A DNA stretch of 64,000 nucleotides from Candidatus Poribacteria bacterium (GTDB taxonomy: Bacteria > Poribacteria > WGA-4E > WGA-3G). The position numbers and the translations under genes were made by a program. Shown here piece by piece: positions 19,273 through 29,892 of this stretch (its first letter is position 1; the number at the start of each line of letters is the position of its first letter). Where the stretch lies: positions 3,808,001 to 3,872,000 of the forward strand of contig OZ251518.1 of NCBI GenBank assembly GCA_965242965.1, given 5' to 3'. The notes beneath the pieces were generated by a model that saw only the letters and a list, made by a program, of their open reading frames with translations, was not told where the DNA came from and did no database searches.

Positions 19273-19364
19273 TTGACAAAAAACGCGAAAATCCGTTAAA
19301 ATCATCGCAATCTCACCTTTTCGCGCATTTTTAATTTGACAAACGCGCGAAAAGGTGGTATAAT
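19273..19364 (+). promoter_or_regulatory. Tandem sigma70 promoters with a 13-bp inverted repeat
   Basis: TTGACA(19273)-18-TAAAAT and perfect TTGACA(19336)-17-TATAAT(19359); CACCTTTTCGCGC (19314-19326) / GCGCGAAAAGGTG (19345-19357). Confidence 0.75.
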
Positions 19365-20173
19365 TATTAAAACTAGCATGAATTTGGTGCAATGTCAAAC
19401 CGGAATTACAAAAAAAATGCCGAACGTGAACCATCAACGCGCTTCCAGACCCGCAGCGACGCTGAGCCGCGCACATAGCACGCTCTCCTTGGCCGCTCTT
19501 CTCGTAGAGCAGCCGCCCCGGATGCGCGCCCGAGACACGTTCGCTTTCTCCGTTGACGGCACCAACCTCACCATGATACCGTTTACCCCCCCCCTTCATA
19601 TACACCTGTTAACTCTTGCCAATCTCGGCAGGAAGGCGGATTGGGGTGGGGAAACAGTTGTCCCGACAGCGGGACAAACCACTCCTGCTCTGACTGCTAC
19701 GACGATGAACAGGCGCGCGCTTTTCCCGCGCGCCACACGGTTCGCGCGCGAACCGAGTGCCTCTTGGACTCCCCAAGGGGTTTTTCGCGTTGCACTATCC
19801 CTTTTTATCCTTGGCATGTCGTCCCAAATAATACGTCGCGTCTCTGTAAGGCGAGAGAGGCATCGAGACAGGGAGGGCACGCCTGCCGATGGAGCCGAAT
19901 AGGAGATTTGGTATTCAGAGCCCAACAGCGTTGTTCCGGGGAAAATTCTATCCCCATTTTGGGTATTAAGGGGCAAGATAACCGTGGGCTCCCGCCCACG
20001 GCTATCTTGTTTTTCTGTTCACTTTGCCCCGGCCGCTATCCGTTCAGAACAGCGCATGTTTATTGACTCACCGAAGACGGGACGCGCAACCACCCGCTCT
20101 TCTGATACCGATGGGGAAAACTGATGCAAACCGCGCATCAACCCCCTAAAAGATGTTAGGAGGACATTTGATC

Positions 20174-23100
20174 ATGTTCAGAAAATCCCTTTTTCCCTTA
20201 CCGACTCTGCTCATTTTACTGTGCATCGTCGGTGTCATTTCATTCGCTGCACCGAGAACCGCGGACGCGCACCATGTCACGGTAACCGGTGCCACATTCA
20301 AGTTCCAGAAAAAGTTAGGCGAGGACAGTTACTCGGCCGTTGAGGCATCCACTTCCGACACTACCCTTGAACTCGGCGACAGAATCATCGTGGATGTAAC
20401 CTTCAGTGAGCCTGTGGATATCAACAGTAGTACGGCATACGTGTTTTTACTATTTGATTCCCCAAATTGGGTTCAGTGGGTTTCGTTTGATGACAACCAA
20501 TCGAACGTAACAACGGCTAGAGTTACCTACACGGTGAAGAACACGGAGTCGCAGAGGGACAGTGACCCGGATGGGATAGAACTATACGTCTTTCCCGCGA
20601 GCAATCCGAATAATCCCAATCAGTTCCTTAGGAATCATGGTGCAGGATGGAATGCGATTGTGGAGGCTGGGACTAATATTGCCATTGATTTTACGAGTGC
20701 GAATCAGGCACTCGCGACTGCCGCGAACGCAAACGCCCCACGCATAGAGAATAATGCCCCAACGCTAGTAGATATAGATGACGACCCTATTCTGGAGCAA
20801 TACATTAAGTTTTTGGGCGCGCCGAAGTCGGGGCGACACTATTCGCAATTCGTTGCGTCCCATCGCTTGAATTGGGGTTTGGTTTGGAGGCCTGTCGATA
20901 GACAGTTCTATCTTGAACAGGGGGAATCCGATGATCCGCCTTATGACGCGAATGGCTACACTCGCGCGCCAGTGACAGGCGAGCCGAATTATGCCGCCTA
21001 CAACGTCGGTGAAAAGGTTCGTTTTGAATTGCTTTTCAACGAGAAGGTCAGAGTTGTTCGCACCGACCCTGGCATTCCAGTGACGATGAAGGTGGAGTTT
21101 GATACGCCAACCCGAAGTAAGGATGCCATCCTCGTTGAGGGTGGGGATGGCACCAGCAAAAAGTTAGTTTTTGAATGCACGGTGGAGGAAGGTGATGGCG
21201 ATTGGGGCGCAGGGCTCCAAGTCCTCTTCGGCGCTGCCCCTCAAATACATGGCGGTACCGTCCAAGACTTGGCTGGCAATGTGAGTGAATTGCCGAACTG
21301 GTTTTATGGGCGTTCGGAAGACTTCGCGAGTTATTTCCGGGCAGTGGATACTTACCCGCCGACGGTGCGGATTGCCAGGGTGCCCGTTGATGACAATGGC
21401 GACGTGATCGAGGCCACCTCTCGAAATGACACGGATAGCATCCTGTATGGTTTGGCCGGGGAGAGGGAAGAGGCCATCAGGCTGCCGCCGTCAGCCGGCA
21501 CCGAGACAGGCACCTTCACGATGTATGTTACCTTTTTTAATATGTTTCCACCTGGGTCTGGCAAAAGCAAACTTGCGGAAGACCTGCACCCGGGCGCGCC
21601 GTTTGAGGCAAGCGATATCCAGATTACAGCGGGAGGAGAAGTGCTGAGAGATGCTAGGGTGACGCTGCGGTATCGAGGGATGTGGGGCAGGGCGGTTACG
21701 GCGGCACAAGCGCGCGTCTACCTTGCCACCATCACACCCCCGCTCGGATTTAATGGCGAAATGGAGATTCAGGTGCCCGCCGGTGCGACAATGGATCTCG
21801 CCGGGAACGAAAATCAGGCATCCAATACATTGACGGTGCCCGTGAACAACCCGTTGCGCGTGGTGGAAACGCCGGAGATTGTCGCGCCTCCCGCCGGTGC
21901 CTATACCGCCGGTGATGATATTGAAGTCGAAGTGACGTATGACAGGGAGAATCTCCGCTATGAAGGCGAGGATCCGCCGTATCTGACGCTGTATCTCGGC
22001 GAAGAGATACCGGCAAATGCACGGCATGCTGTCTGGAGTGCCTCAGAAGACACGAATTCCACGAAAGTGACGTTCGCGTATACGGTGGCAGCAACGGACA
22101 CGGTGGCAGAGGCAGTGCGTGTTCCCTCTGTCAAGATACTCGTCCCGGACAAGACGATGTTGCTTTCTGGGCCACTGACTGCACCGTCTGAGCGGCAGAT
22201 TGGGACAGAGGCGGCTGCGGCGGCATCTGGCACTGCGCCAAAAACGGTGCAGACGGTAGAGCCGTTGCCGGAGGTTTCACCGATAGTCTCGGATACACCG
22301 GTGGTGCCGGTCTACCCGATTTTCGAGGAAGCAGCACCGAAGGCGGCTGCATCGGATGTGCCGCGGGAGCCGATTGTTTTCAACGAACTTGGCAATGGCA
22401 GTGGTGATGCAAACGATTGGCTGGAACTCCGCAATGTCACGGGTTCGGATGTCTCGTTAAAGGACTGGGAGCTCAGCGTCGTGCAGGATGGCAAGAAGGA
22501 AGATACGTCGCTCATCGTGTTTCCCGATGTGAGTGTGCCGGCAAATGGGCTGCTGTTGATAACGAACAGCGATCCGACAGCGGAAGGCAATGTGCTTGCA
22601 GGCGGTGATAACGTGGCGACTGCCGAGGTCGAGACAAAAGGTTCATCTCATCTCTATCTCGTCAAATCGGAGTTGTCCCTGCCAGATGATGGCAAGTTCC
22701 TCTTGATTCTCCGGAATGCGAAGGAGAAACTGGGTCTGAACGAAGCGTTCGTTGATGTCGCCGGTGGCGGCGGCAGTGACACCGATGCGTTTGTCCGCGA
22801 GCAGACAGGCGATTATGATACGCATGTCTGGCCCTTGCAAGTGTTACAGGCTCCCGGTGGTGATACCGAAGACGCCCTCGGCTCTGGCAAAGTTTGGCAG
22901 CGCGCGAAAGCGGATATTATTGGGTATCATAGAGATGCCTGGGCAGAATCCGACTTTACCGGTATCGGCTATGATAGGAAGGTGACAGAGTCTGCTGCCA
23001 CTGCCGGCACACCGGGCTATCCAAACGGTGCAGTGAAAACGGAAGCCGCCACGCCGAAGGGCAGCGTCACGCTCAGTGAAATCATGTTTGATTCGGCCGG

Positions 23101-24049
23101 CGGCACACTGCCGCAATGGATCGAACTCTACAACAATTCCAAAACGGATGCTATCAATCTCAACCGTTGGGAGTTGGAGATTCAGAATGTCGATTCCGAG
23201 GACTTAGTCGGCCGCCCGATTGTCACGTTGACGTTAGGAGAAAAAGTGATTCAACCGAATCAAACGTTGCTCATCGTCGCGGGACCGGCGCGTGCGTCGT
23301 CGGATTCGTATCTACCGGCGGACAGAGTTTACGATCTGCTCGCACTTCATGAGAAGAATCTGCGCATCAAGCGTGCGCGCGATACCTTCTTAAGTACCGA
23401 GGGGTTCTATCTGAAACTCTGCGATAGAAACGGGAATCTTGTTGACGAAGTCGGTAACAGGGACAGCGATCGGCGTTCGGATGATGCACCTGCATGGGCA
23501 TTACCGTTGAGTTTTGAGGAAGGTTCGCGGAGTTCCATCATTCGGCGTTACGATAAAGGTGTTGCGCTGCCGGGACGAAAGCGTGCGAGTTGGGTGTTGG
23601 CGGCGCGCGTCAAGCCGTTTGATGCGTCTCTCCACTACGGCCATGCCGATGACATCGGGACCCCGGGGCATCGTGAAGGCGGTGCATTACCTGTTGAGTT
23701 ATCCAGTTTCTCGCTGACGCGCACCGAGGCAGGTGCTGTCGTCTTGACATGGACAACCGAGTCAGAAGTCGACAACGCCGGGTTCAACTTGCGTCGGAGT
23801 GAAAAGCGCGCGAGTGGTTTCACGCTCTTGAATCCTGCCTTAATCGCCGGTGCCGGCACGACTGGTGAACGTCAGACTTATACGTTTACGGATACGTCTG
23901 CGAAGCCGGGTCTTGAGTATTACTATCAGATCGAGGAAGTCGCGTTTGATGGGAAACCTGAGACATTGGCGATGCGTATGTTGCGCGGTCCCGTATCTGC
24001 GGCAAATCGGATGTTGACAACGTTTGGTGCGTTGAAAAAGCGGGAATAG
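20174..24049 (+). CDS. Large secreted protein: Ig-like repeats, two lamin-tail-like domains, LPVELSSF Ig-like domain, C-terminal sorting-like motif
   Basis: AGGAGG RBS, signal peptide, repeated G..I...V.F.E.V...F.YTV units, IVFNELG..DWLELRN and LSEIMF..QWIELYN starts, ends PVSAANRMLTTFGALKKRE. Confidence 0.85.
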   Translation: MFRKSLFPLPTLLILLCIVGVISFAAPRTADAHHVTVTGATFKFQKKLGEDSYSAVEASTSDTTLELGDRIIVDVTFSEPVDINSSTAYVFLLFDSPNWVQWVSFDDNQSNVTTARVTYTVKNTESQRDSDPDGIELYVFPASNPNNPNQFLRNHGAGWNAIVEAGTNIAIDFTSANQALATAANANAPRIENNAPTLVDIDDDPILEQYIKFLGAPKSGRHYSQFVASHRLNWGLVWRPVDRQFYLEQGESDDPPYDANGYTRAPVTGEPNYAAYNVGEKVRFELLFNEKVRVVRTDPGIPVTMKVEFDTPTRSKDAILVEGGDGTSKKLVFECTVEEGDGDWGAGLQVLFGAAPQIHGGTVQDLAGNVSELPNWFYGRSEDFASYFRAVDTYPPTVRIARVPVDDNGDVIEATSRNDTDSILYGLAGEREEAIRLPPSAGTETGTFTMYVTFFNMFPPGSGKSKLAEDLHPGAPFEASDIQITAGGEVLRDARVTLRYRGMWGRAVTAAQARVYLATITPPLGFNGEMEIQVPAGATMDLAGNENQASNTLTVPVNNPLRVVETPEIVAPPAGAYTAGDDIEVEVTYDRENLRYEGEDPPYLTLYLGEEIPANARHAVWSASEDTNSTKVTFAYTVAATDTVAEAVRVPSVKILVPDKTMLLSGPLTAPSERQIGTEAAAAASGTAPKTVQTVEPLPEVSPIVSDTPVVPVYPIFEEAAPKAAASDVPREPIVFNELGNGSGDANDWLELRNVTGSDVSLKDWELSVVQDGKKEDTSLIVFPDVSVPANGLLLITNSDPTAEGNVLAGGDNVATAEVETKGSSHLYLVKSELSLPDDGKFLLILRNAKEKLGLNEAFVDVAGGGGSDTDAFVREQTGDYDTHVWPLQVLQAPGGDTEDALGSGKVWQRAKADIIGYHRDAWAESDFTGIGYDRKVTESAATAGTPGYPNGAVKTEAATPKGSVTLSEIMFDSAGGTLPQWIELYNNSKTDAINLNRWELEIQNVDSEDLVGRPIVTLTLGEKVIQPNQTLLIVAGPARASSDSYLPADRVYDLLALHEKNLRIKRARDTFLSTEGFYLKLCDRNGNLVDEVGNRDSDRRSDDAPAWALPLSFEEGSRSSIIRRYDKGVALPGRKRASWVLAARVKPFDASLHYGHADDIGTPGHREGGALPVELSSFSLTRTEAGAVVLTWTTESEVDNAGFNLRRSEKRASGFTLLNPALIAGAGTTGERQTYTFTDTSAKPGLEYYYQIEEVAFDGKPETLAMRMLRGPVSAANRMLTTFGALKKRE

Positions 24050-24062
24050 GCTGTTAAGGCCC

Positions 24063-24283
24063 CGTAGCGCGGGGGCCAGGCCCCCGCGATCTCTCGGTAG
24101 ACCGCAGCATGGCGAGAGACAGGCCCTCGCCCTACGGTAAAAGGGGCGGTTTTGGATACCGTAGCGCGGGGGCCTGTCCCCCGCGATCGTTTTAGGCTCC
24201 GTTTAGGCCCCGTAGCGCGGGGGCCTGTCCCCCGCGATCTCTGGCGATATCCAACGCCGGCGAAGGACAGGCCCTCGCCCTAC
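24063..24283. repeat. REP cluster between convergent genes
   Basis: Three GTAGCGCGGGGG..CCCCCGCG and two GACAGGCCCTCGCCCTAC copies. Confidence 0.85.
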
Positions 24284-24295
24284 GTTCCAAAGAGT

Positions 24296-25987
24296 TTATC
24301 GCGCAAGCACCCCATCCCCCTCCTCAACCCGCAAAACCTGGTCTGCCTTCACATTAAAAAACTGCGCCACGCGCCCACTCGGCCAGCGAATCCCAAGCAG
24401 TTCAACCTGCGTATGTTCGCCAATCCCGAAATGGACGCGGCAATCACTTTGCGAGAGATAACTCGCGCCACTCCGCACCTCTCTGATAAGCGACAAGTCG
24501 CCTGCCTTTACGGTAATTCGCGCGCCGATAGAAAAACCAATCGCTTGAACCGTTATCCAATGATTGCTGTTGCCGCCCTCGTTACGGAGGAGCGTCGCGG
24601 GTTGATTAGAGTTGTTGAGAAAAATGTCAATATCGCCATCGTTATCGTAGTCACCGAAGGCGGCGGCGCGCCCGACTTTAGGAGGCAACTCTGTCAAACC
24701 AACGGCGGATGAGACATCCGTGAAACGAGCCCATTGACGCGTCCTCCCCGTTTTGCCATCTTCGGGTAGGCGCGTCTTCCCTGTCTCGATGCCGTTATTT
24801 TCAAAGAGCAAATCTGCCTGCGCATACGTGGCATCTGAAAAAAGCCCAATGTTTTCTTGCAAATGCCCGTTAGCGACGAACAGATCCAGATATCCATCGT
24901 TGTTGTAATCAAAAAACTCCACTGCCCACTTGAAATAGGGAAGCGTGATGGCACCAATCCCTGACACATAGGAGACATCGGTGAAAAATTGATGCCGTTC
25001 GTTATGATAAAGGAGGACAGGGAGCGCGGAGGCGTTGCTCACAACCAGATCGAGGTATCCATCGTTATCATAATCGCCGAACGCGCTGCCCATGCCGCTG
25101 CCGGGCATCCCGTTTTCGTCATAGCCGACACCGGCGAGGGCGGCGGTTTCAGTAAACGTGCCGTCGCCGTTGTTTTGATAAAGCCGGTCTGCCTCCATAT
25201 CGTTGGCGATGTGCAGGTCTGCGTCGCCATCGTTATCGTAATCACCTATTGCCACGGCGAGTCCCAGTGCGCGATGCGAGATTCCCGATGCTTCGGTGAC
25301 ATCGGTGAAGGTGCTGTCACCGTTATTGCGATAGAGGATATCGGGTTCACTGACGAAGTGGCTGCCGGCAATCTGATCGGTGGGGCTACAATAGGTTCGG
25401 ATGCCGCGCGTCTCCCACCATCGGTTCGCTGCCAGCGAAAATTTCATATAGTTGACGACGTAGAGGTCTGCGTCACCATCTAAATCGTAGTCAAGAAAAG
25501 CGCAGCTTGTTCCCCATCGTTCATCGCCGACACGTGCTTTCTCCGTGATGTCGGTAAACGTGCTGTCGCCGTTGTTACGATAGAGGCGATTCGCACCGAA
25601 GTTGGTGACGTAAATATCTACGTAACCGTCGTTGTCAATATCGGCGGCGGCGCAGCCGACACCGTAGCCGATGTCGCCGGCACCTGAGGCATCTGTCACG
25701 TCGGTGAACGTGCTATCGCCGTTGTTGCGATAGAGCGCGTTTCGGTTTTCGGTTGAGGGAGGGATAGTGTTGGCGTTGACAACATAGATATCGAGGTTGC
25801 CATCGTTATCGTAATCAAAGAAGAGCGCGCCGGAACCGAGCGTTTCGATGAGGTATTTTTCCCCGGTGCGGCCATCGACGTGCTGGAAGGTGATGCCTGC
25901 CTCGGCGGTGACATCAACGAATTGGGGTTGCGGATAGGCAAAAGTGGACAAGATGAGGGTGAGGAGGAGGCAATAGATGGCTTTCAT
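24296..25987 (-). CDS. CRTAC1/ASPIC-UnbV family FG-GAP repeat protein
   Basis: Repeated DYDNDG.LD and LYRNNGD.TFTDVT; C-terminal SYLSQ...HFG.G...IRWPSG. Confidence 0.92.
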   Translation of the reverse strand: MKAIYCLLLTLILSTFAYPQPQFVDVTAEAGITFQHVDGRTGEKYLIETLGSGALFFDYDNDGNLDIYVVNANTIPPSTENRNALYRNNGDSTFTDVTDASGAGDIGYGVGCAAADIDNDGYVDIYVTNFGANRLYRNNGDSTFTDITEKARVGDERWGTSCAFLDYDLDGDADLYVVNYMKFSLAANRWWETRGIRTYCSPTDQIAGSHFVSEPDILYRNNGDSTFTDVTEASGISHRALGLAVAIGDYDNDGDADLHIANDMEADRLYQNNGDGTFTETAALAGVGYDENGMPGSGMGSAFGDYDNDGYLDLVVSNASALPVLLYHNERHQFFTDVSYVSGIGAITLPYFKWAVEFFDYNNDGYLDLFVANGHLQENIGLFSDATYAQADLLFENNGIETGKTRLPEDGKTGRTRQWARFTDVSSAVGLTELPPKVGRAAAFGDYDNDGDIDIFLNNSNQPATLLRNEGGNSNHWITVQAIGFSIGARITVKAGDLSLIREVRSGASYLSQSDCRVHFGIGEHTQVELLGIRWPSGRVAQFFNVKADQVLRVEEGDGVLAR

Positions 25988-25990
25988 CTC

Positions 25991-27160
25991 TTAATGCATT
26001 GCTTTTTGGCTGGCATGTTGCGCCTTCTTGTCCAAACCGAGCAACGCGTAGACATTCGCAAGCGTATCCCAATAATTCCGTTCATCTGGCGCGAGACGCA
26101 CGGCGGTTTCCGCGTGCCACCGGGCGTCCTCCACTCCCCGTAGGGCAAGGGCCTGTCCCTCGCCATGCTTATCCTGTCCCTCGCCGTGCTTATCCAAATA
26201 ACAGACAGCCAAATTATTATGCGCGATGGCAAGGTTCGCATCGGCAGCAATGGCGCGTTGATACGCCGCAATCGCCAATTTCAACTTCGCCTGTTTATGA
26301 TAAGCATGCCCCAGATTATAGTGTGCTGTCGCCGATGTCGGTGCGAGCGCGATGGCGCGTTGATAGTTTTCAATCGCCTTACCAAATCTTCGGCGTGCGA
26401 GATAGACGATGCCGAGGTTGTTATAGCCTTTCGCATCCGCTGGATGCGTTTTTACCCATTTCTGTGCCTGCTCCAGAAGTGGGGCAGTCTGGTGCAACAC
26501 TTTGAAAAACGCCATTACTGCGGCCGCCTTCTCCGTTTTTCCCGATTTCATCAACGCCTGCGCGAGGTGATAATGCGCCGCCGTGTTATCGGCTTGAATA
26601 GCGATACCCTTTTCAAACGTCTCAATTGCGAGAGGCAAGTGTCCCTGCTTTGCGTAGACTTGTCCTAACCCTAAAAGCGCGACGGTTCCGTTTGGGTTAA
26701 GTTTCATCGCCGCGGTATAGGCACGCGCCGCTTCTGCCAATGCCCCCTGTTTCAGTTGCACCTCGCCGAGTCCGTTGTAGGCATCCTCAAAATCTGGTGC
26801 GAGCGCAATCGCCTTTTCAAACGCTTCTTTTGCAAGCGGCAATGTCCCTTGCTTCAGATGGACTAAGCCGCGGTTATAGTGCGGCTGCGCACTTTTCGGA
26901 GAGAGTTGGGCGGCTTTATGGTAAGTGGCAAGCGCGGCACCATACTGCTTGAGCTCCGAATAGGCGATACCGAGGTGAAGATGCGCCGTGAAGGAATTCG
27001 GTTCATAGGCGATGGCTTTCTGGTATTCTGCCACCGCCCGGTCGAATTCCTCCAGTGTGTGATAGGCGAGTGCCGTTCGGTAATGCACATCGGCTCTGTT
27101 CGCGGCGGCGAGGTTGCCTATCACGCCGAAGATGAATAGTATGACGAAGGGATGTTGCAT
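25991..27160 (-). CDS. Tetratricopeptide repeat protein
   Basis: Multiple AHYNLG..Y...G....A...Y..AI...P TPR units; N-terminal hydrophobic segment. Confidence 0.9.
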   Translation of the reverse strand: MQHPFVILFIFGVIGNLAAANRADVHYRTALAYHTLEEFDRAVAEYQKAIAYEPNSFTAHLHLGIAYSELKQYGAALATYHKAAQLSPKSAQPHYNRGLVHLKQGTLPLAKEAFEKAIALAPDFEDAYNGLGEVQLKQGALAEAARAYTAAMKLNPNGTVALLGLGQVYAKQGHLPLAIETFEKGIAIQADNTAAHYHLAQALMKSGKTEKAAAVMAFFKVLHQTAPLLEQAQKWVKTHPADAKGYNNLGIVYLARRRFGKAIENYQRAIALAPTSATAHYNLGHAYHKQAKLKLAIAAYQRAIAADANLAIAHNNLAVCYLDKHGEGQDKHGEGQALALRGVEDARWHAETAVRLAPDERNYWDTLANVYALLGLDKKAQHASQKAMH

Positions 27161-27162
27161 TT

Positions 27163-27927
27163 CTAGTGGCGTTGTGCTTTCACGCTTCCCCAAGTCGTAG
27201 CCAATTTCTCCGCGGGTTCCACCGGCAAAAATTCGCCATCTTTGAGTTCGTTAATTTCTGCTGCGGTGATAATCCGGTCGAAGAGAAACACCTCATCAAT
27301 GATGCCGGTGAAAAACTCTTCACCCGGGTGTCGCGCGCCTACCATGACAGAACCGTCAATTTCATCAACGACAGGCGGTTTCGCGCCGCCGCCCGCTTTT
27401 TTGCCATCGTTGTAAATCACGACTTCGGATTTCGTATCATGCGTCACGGCGAGATGCACCCAGTCTTCGGGTTGGATGTCATCGGTGATGGCTTTCTGTG
27501 CCCACGCGCCGCCCGAGGTGCTCCAGAAATAGGTTTTATTGTCCACGGTTCTGAAGATGGATGCCCATTTGAGGGAGCCGGCGGTTACCATGTAATTCCA
27601 TTCCCGAATTTGCGCATCGCTGCGTTTTACCCAGAAAGCGATGGAGAACTGCTCGGTTAACTGCAAGGTATCGTTAATCGGCACCATGACGTGCTGTCCC
27701 TTTGTCCCATCAAATTCGAGTGCCTTGCCGAATTGTCCATCTACCCATTTCGGGTTTTGGATGAGCTCGCCATCGTGTCCGTGGACGGAGCCATCTTTCG
27801 CGTCGCCGCCTTGTCCTTCGTCAAAGGAGAGGTATAAGACGAGGGATTTGTCATCTAATCCTGCGAATGTCGGCATCGCACCGATGAGTGCGATAGCCAG
27901 CATGGTGATGAATAATTTTGTTTTCAT
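27163..27927 (-). CDS. Secreted LamG-like jellyroll domain protein with C-terminal sorting-like motif
   Basis: Signal peptide; LVLYLSFDEG, GQFGKALEFDG, WVHLAVT, FTGIIDEV; ends LPVEPAEKLATTWGSVK. Confidence 0.9.
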   Translation of the reverse strand: MKTKLFITMLAIALIGAMPTFAGLDDKSLVLYLSFDEGQGGDAKDGSVHGHDGELIQNPKWVDGQFGKALEFDGTKGQHVMVPINDTLQLTEQFSIAFWVKRSDAQIREWNYMVTAGSLKWASIFRTVDNKTYFWSTSGGAWAQKAITDDIQPEDWVHLAVTHDTKSEVVIYNDGKKAGGGAKPPVVDEIDGSVMVGARHPGEEFFTGIIDEVFLFDRIITAAEINELKDGEFLPVEPAEKLATTWGSVKAQRH

Positions 27928-28104
27928 CGTGGATTCCTCCTATAGTGTGTTAAATATCATATTATATTCAGGGTTAAATGTCAAGCCTGAAGCAAGATTT
28001 CGCAGGATTAAGGGGATTGAGGCGCGCGGCGTTGCTAGTTCAATCATTGCAAATTACCTCGAAACATGATATGCTATTCCCATTACAAAGGATGGAAAGA
28101 ATCG

Positions 28105-28839
28105 ATGCAAACCCAACGTATATGCCTCTGGTCTGGGCCGCGGAACGTTTCGACAGCGTTGATGTATGCGTTTGCGCAGCGGGGTGATACACGCGTGATT
28201 GACGAACCACTCTACGGATACTACCTCCACGCGACCGGCGCGTCACATCCCGGCAGTGCCGAGGTAATCGCGGTGATGCGGACAGATAGCGCGCAGGTTA
28301 TCCGCGAGGTTATCCTCGGTCCGTGCGATAAACCGGTGCTTTTCATGAAGCAGATGGCGCATCACCTCGTGGACATTGAGCTCGGTTTTATGCGGGAGAC
28401 GGTGAACGTGTTGCTTATCCGCGACCCGAGAGAGATGCTTCCGTCGCTGGAGAAGATTATCGGGAAACCGAGGTTAGCGGATACCGGATTGAAGAGGCAG
28501 GCAGAATTATTGAAGTTTTTGAGAGCATTAGGGCAGTCGCCCTCGGTGTTAGAGTCGCGTGAACTGCTCCGCGGTCCGGAGAGTGTGCTGCGTCAGTTAT
28601 GCGCGCAACTTGGGCTTCCGTTTGAGGATGCGATGTTATCGTGGCCCCGCGGTCCGCATCCTGATGATGGGGTGTGGGCTCGGCATTGGTATGGTAACGT
28701 GCATCAGTCGACTGGGTTCGCGCCTTATCGTCCGAAGACGGAGCCGTTTCCATCGGCACTACGCGATATATTGGAAGAGTGCGTGCCGTATTATGAGACG
28801 TTGCGCGCGGCGGCGATTGTTGCAACTCCCGGTTCGTAG
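28105..28839 (+). CDS. Sulfotransferase-like P-loop protein (BCAT-associated family)
   Basis: WSGPRNVSTALMYAFAQRGD, FMKQMAHH, LLIRDP, DGVWARHWY. Confidence 0.85.
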   Translation: MQTQRICLWSGPRNVSTALMYAFAQRGDTRVIDEPLYGYYLHATGASHPGSAEVIAVMRTDSAQVIREVILGPCDKPVLFMKQMAHHLVDIELGFMRETVNVLLIRDPREMLPSLEKIIGKPRLADTGLKRQAELLKFLRALGQSPSVLESRELLRGPESVLRQLCAQLGLPFEDAMLSWPRGPHPDDGVWARHWYGNVHQSTGFAPYRPKTEPFPSALRDILEECVPYYETLRAAAIVATPGS

Positions 28840-28983
28840 GCACGAGCGAGAGTGACAGATTCTCACGTTCCTGCAAAATCTGTAGGGCAGACTCACCGTT
28901 TCGGGTGCCCGATGCCGCTAACATCGGCGGGTTGCGAGCCCGCACTACAGCAACACGCCAAACGACATGAATAAGGATAAACT

Positions 28984-29892
28984 ATGTCCCCACAATTACC
29001 GGATGCCAGGAATGAAAACATTTTAATCTCTATCAACGGCGAATTGCTACCGCGCGAAGATGCGAAGATCTCCGTGTTTGACAGCCTCGTTCAAGGTGGC
29101 GATGGCGTTTGGGAGGGATTGCGCGTCTATCACGGCAAGATTTTCGCCTTGGATGCGCACTTGGAGCGGCTGTTCGATTCGGCGCATGCGATGGCGTTCG
29201 TCGGCATTCCGACGAACGCCGAAGTCAAATCGGCGATTTTTGAGACGCTTCACGCCAACGGCATGCACAACGGTGCGCACATCCGCTTGACGCTCAGCCG
29301 CGGCAAAAAGGTCACGTCTAGCATGGATGCGCGCATGAATCAATACGGGACGACGCTGATTGTCCTCGCCGAGTGGAAGCCGCCTATCTATGCGAGCAGC
29401 GGCATCCGCTTGATTACTTCGGCGATTCGCAGGAATCCGCCGCAGTGCATCGATTCCAAAATCCACCATAACAACCTGATTAACAATATCCTTGCGAAGT
29501 TGGAGGCGAACGTCGCCGGCGTGGACGATGCAATTATGCTGGATATCCACGGCTACGTCTCTGAAACTAACGCGACGAACATCTTTGTTATCAAACGTGG
29601 TGAGATGCTGACACCCCATGCGGATAGTTGTCTGCCGGGGATTACGCGCGGCGTAGTTATCCGTCTGGCACGCGCGGCTGGCATTCCGCTGAGAGAACGG
29701 AACGTCTCCTTAACCGAGGTCTGGACAGCAGATGAGGTGTTCACGACAGGGACTGTGGGTGAATTGAGTCCGGTGTTGGAAGTTGATGGCAGGCAGATTG
29801 GTGCTGGCACGCCGGGGCCGGTGACTGCGCAATTACAGGAGTTATATGCTGCATTGACTGTGCAGGAAGGGGAGCCAATTCCGCCGCGATAA
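28984..29892 (+). CDS. Aminotransferase class IV (IlvE-like)
   Basis: GDGVWEGLR, ETNATNIF, LPGITR, ADEVFTTGT..E..PV..VDG. Confidence 0.92.
   Translation: MSPQLPDARNENILISINGELLPREDAKISVFDSLVQGGDGVWEGLRVYHGKIFALDAHLERLFDSAHAMAFVGIPTNAEVKSAIFETLHANGMHNGAHIRLTLSRGKKVTSSMDARMNQYGTTLIVLAEWKPPIYASSGIRLITSAIRRNPPQCIDSKIHHNNLINNILAKLEANVAGVDDAIMLDIHGYVSETNATNIFVIKRGEMLTPHADSCLPGITRGVVIRLARAAGIPLRERNVSLTEVWTADEVFTTGTVGELSPVLEVDGRQIGAGTPGPVTAQLQELYAALTVQEGEPIPPR

Noticed and set aside
19264-20066. Overlapping ORFs of 113-188 aa
   Set aside because: No recognisable motifs or RBS, mutually overlapping, and one starts within the promoter
20060-20160. c-di-GMP or other known riboswitch
   Set aside because: Hairpins are present but conserved motifs of known riboswitch classes could not be matched by eye
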